Shown here: positions 22,963 to 25,480 of the stretch, piece by piece
Numbering within the stretch: the stretch's first letter is position 1
Layout: every line of letters starts with the position of its first letter
Source: Archangiaceae bacterium
GTDB taxonomy: Bacteria > Myxococcota > Myxococcia > Myxococcales > Myxococcaceae
Assembly: GCA_043750125.1 (NCBI GenBank)
Contig: JAYVCD010000064.1
Span: forward strand, 1 to 25,480
Reading direction: 5' to 3'
DNA: 25,480 nucleotides
The notes under the pieces: model-generated
Told to the model about the DNA's origin: nothing
What the model saw: the letters and a program-made list of their open reading frames with translations, nothing else
The model's database searches: none
Translations under genes and position numbers: made by a program

Positions 22963-24345
22963 TCAGGTCTCTGCCCCGGGAGCCGCTTTCTGGACCTCAG
23001 CCTCATCCGCGGCGAGCTTGCGGTAGATGGTCCGTGCAGCAATTCCAAGCAACCGCGCAGCAAGGTTCTTGTCGCCCTTGGTGTGCCGCAGCGTCTCGTG
23101 AATTACGCGCCGCTCAATCTCTTCCATCGGAGTCCCAATCGGAATCACGATCTGACTCGCTGCTCCGATCGGGCCTTTTCGAACCGATTCCGGCAGGTCG
23201 CCCACATCGATGATGTCGTTGCGACACAGCACGACCGCCCGCTCGAGCGCGTGCTCGAGCTCACGCACATTGCCCGGCCAGGCGTAGTTCTCGAGCAACG
23301 ACCGCGCTGCGTCAGAGAAGCCTCGCAGCGTCTTGTTGTTCTTCGCGGCATAGCGACGAAGGAAATGGTCTGCGAGCAGTGGCACGTCTTCGCGGCGGCT
23401 CGCCAGCGAAGGAATCTTCACTTCCACGACATTGAGCCGGAAGTAGAGATCTTCGCGGAAGCGGCCTTCGGCAATCTCGCGCTGTAGATCCTTGTTGGTG
23501 GCAGCAACGACACGCACATCGACCTTGATGGTGTGCGTTCCTCCGAGCCGTTCGACCTCGCCCTCCTGAAGGACCCGCAGCAGTTTCACCTGCGCGCCAG
23601 CGCTCATCTCGCCGACTTCGTCGAGGAACAGCGTCCCTCCGCTCGCGCGCTCGAACCGGCCTTCCTTGCGCGCCACGGCCCCGGTGAAGGCGCCCTTCTC
23701 AACGCCGAACAATTCCGCCTCGAGGATGCTCTCGGGCAAGGCCGCGCAATTGACCGCGACGAACGGACCCTTCGCCCGCGGCGATTGGTCGTGGATGCTT
23801 CGGGCGGCGAGCTCTTTGCCGGTGCCTGACTCGCCCATCAACAGCACCGTCGCCGTGGACGGAGCCGCCTGGCCCAGCGTCTCGAGGAACGCTCGAATTG
23901 CGGGCGATTGCCCAATCATCGTTCGGGGCCCGACGGCGGCCAGCTGCGCCTTGAGGTCCCGGTTCTCGGCGACCAGGGCCTGCTTTTCCATCGCCTTCTG
24001 TACCGCTTTCACCAGGGAATGGCGCTTGAGCGGCTTGGTAATGAAGTCGTACGCCCCATCGCGCATCGCGCTCACCGCGGTCTCGACGGTCGCGTAGGCG
24101 GTCATCAGCACCACCTCTACGTCGGGGCGCATGGCGCGCGCGGCCTTGAGCAGCTCTTGCCCGTCGACGCCGGGCATCATCAGGTCGGTCACCATCACCC
24201 CGACTTCGGGGCGACGAAGCAGCTCGATCGCTTCCTGGCCGTTGGCGGCGCTCAACGTCGGCACGCCTTCGCGCTGGAAGACTTTGCAGACCGAATCGAG
24301 GTTGGCGTGATCGTCGTCGACGACCAGCACTGTGACGGGACTCAA
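22963..24345 (-). CDS. NtrC-family sigma54-dependent response regulator (REC-AAA+-HTH, about 460 aa)
   Basis: VLVVDDD, phospho-Asp in VTDLMMPG, FITKP; GESGTGKE, GAFTGA, LFLDEVGE, LYFRLNV, WPGNVREL; Fis-type HTH. Probable TTG start at 24345, 4 nt after the upstream stop. Confidence 0.93.
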   Translation of the reverse strand: MSPVTVLVVDDDHANLDSVCKVFQREGVPTLSAANGQEAIELLRRPEVGVMVTDLMMPGVDGQELLKAARAMRPDVEVVLMTAYATVETAVSAMRDGAYDFITKPLKRHSLVKAVQKAMEKQALVAENRDLKAQLAAVGPRTMIGQSPAIRAFLETLGQAAPSTATVLLMGESGTGKELAARSIHDQSPRAKGPFVAVNCAALPESILEAELFGVEKGAFTGAVARKEGRFERASGGTLFLDEVGEMSAGAQVKLLRVLQEGEVERLGGTHTIKVDVRVVAATNKDLQREIAEGRFREDLYFRLNVVEVKIPSLASRREDVPLLADHFLRRYAAKNNKTLRGFSDAARSLLENYAWPGNVRELEHALERAVVLCRNDIIDVGDLPESVRKGPIGAASQIVIPIGTPMEEIERRVIHETLRHTKGDKNLAARLLGIAARTIYRKLAADEAEVQKAAPGAET

Positions 24346-24349
24346 AATG

Positions 24350-25480
24350 TCAGTTGCACTGGTTGGACGAGCAGCTGCCCGAGCAGCAGTCGTGGTTGAC
24401 GAAACATTGCTCGAGGAAGTTTCCGCAAGAGCAAAAGTTGCTGGGAGTGCGGCTGCGGCAGAGGTTTTCCTGGTTGGTACATTGGGCAAACCCGTTGGGG
24501 GTGGTGCAAGCGTCCATGCAGTAACCGACGTTGTCTCCGAACGCGGCGCTGAAGTCGCAAACTCCGTCAGTGGCGCAAGACTTGAGGTCGCCGCGGCAGA
24601 GGCCAAAGCAGTAGCCGAAGGGGAGGGTCGCGCTGGTGTCGCAGTAACCGGTTTCACACTGAGCCCCCGAAGTGCAGGACCCGCCATAGCGTGAGAGTCC
24701 CTTGTCCTTGGAGCTGCAGGCCTTGCTCCAGGGGTTGCACCCGTAACCGGCAGTGCTCCCGGCGCATTCCGAGTCGGCCGTGCACAACACGATGCACCCG
24801 CTGTTGTTGTTGGTGGTGTTGGTGTCCGGGTCAAAGCAGCTGTACCCGGGGCGACAGCGCCCTGTCGTTCCCAGGCCGGTGCCGGTGCACCGGGGTCGAC
24901 AGGTAGCGATCGCCCCCGACTCGGTACAGATTCCACCGTTGCAGCCGGCATTCGTCGCGACATTGCAGGTCGCCAGGTTGGTGCACATTCCGTTCGGCGC
25001 CCCGGTGGCCGCTTCGGTGAAGCACTTTCCACCCGCGCATTGATTGTTGGCGGTGCACTCTTTGCCATCGGCCTGGCCCGTACAGGCCGCGTTGCCGACG
25101 CACTTCGTATCGCCGCAATCGATGGCGCGATCGCAGGTGTTGTCGATGCCGTCGGTGCAGTTTTCGGTGCCGACGCCGACGCAGTCCGAATCGAGGCAGT
25201 CGGTCTTGCCATCGCCGTCGTTGTCGATTCCATCGCTGCACGAGACTTCTGTCTTGCGATTGATGACGCAGGTACAGCCCATTCCACAGCTGCGGCCGAC
25301 ACAGTCCGGGTCGTCACAATCGGTCTTGTTGTCGAGGTCGTTGTCGATGTTGTCGGCACAGGCCAGCTCGGGTCCAGATGAGCCACCGCCGGCCCCACCG
25401 CTGCCTCCCGCCGCACCGCCCCCAGCACCTCCGCCCGCCGCGCTTCCGCCGCCCGCCGCGCTGCCGCCACCCGCCGCGCT
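24350..25480 (-). CDS. Cys-rich extracellular protein with D-x-I-D-N acidic repeats (5'-partial, runs off the window)
   Basis: The frame is open from 25480: (SAAGGG)x3 Gly-rich linker, three acidic repeats (CADNIDNDLDNKTDCDDPDC, CSDGIDNDGDGKTDCLDSDC, CTDGIDNTCDRAIDCGDTKC), then multi-Cys modules to TGA at 24350. Confidence 0.85.
   Translation of the reverse strand, partial: SAAGGGSAAGGGSAAGGGAGGGAAGGSGGAGGGSSGPELACADNIDNDLDNKTDCDDPDCVGRSCGMGCTCVINRKTEVSCSDGIDNDGDGKTDCLDSDCVGVGTENCTDGIDNTCDRAIDCGDTKCVGNAACTGQADGKECTANNQCAGGKCFTEAATGAPNGMCTNLATCNVATNAGCNGGICTESGAIATCRPRCTGTGLGTTGRCRPGYSCFDPDTNTTNNNSGCIVLCTADSECAGSTAGYGCNPWSKACSSKDKGLSRYGGSCTSGAQCETGYCDTSATLPFGYCFGLCRGDLKSCATDGVCDFSAAFGDNVGYCMDACTTPNGFAQCTNQENLCRSRTPSNFCSCGNFLEQCFVNHDCCSGSCSSNQCN

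Noticed and set aside
22963-25470. 835-aa ORF as a response regulator with a long N-terminal extension
   Set aside because: The first 375 or so residues are an alternate-frame read of the Cys-rich gene (A/T/R/P-rich); the REC domain begins near 24345.

Overview
GC-rich bacterial DNA; gene content and protein style suggest a myxobacterium (Myxococcota; inference). The core is a minus-strand type II secretion (T2SS) cluster, gspC-D-E-F-G-(44-aa sORF)-H-I-J-K-L-M-N (4531-18520), with no prepilin peptidase or pilotin gene. To the left are a probable IS21-like terminus, a hypothetical gene, a 941-aa putative lipoprotein built of 32 tetracysteine repeats, and two GNAT-like genes that appear damaged by deletions. 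To the right are a divergent tandem-PilZ gene, an lvaABC-like kinase/small protein/acyl-CoA dehydrogenase trio, a hypothetical gene, an orphan NtrC-type sigma54 activator and a partial second Cys-rich protein. The most notable signals the ORF track does not show are three well-placed sigma54 (-24/-12) motifs (before gspC, gspG and the Cys-repeat gene), a translationally coupled 44-aa membrane ORF among the pseudopilin genes, and two c-di-GMP input points (MshEN-like motif in GspE, tandem PilZ). Together they suggest a sigma54/c-di-GMP-controlled T2SS with a disulfide-rich surface cargo; this is a hypothesis.
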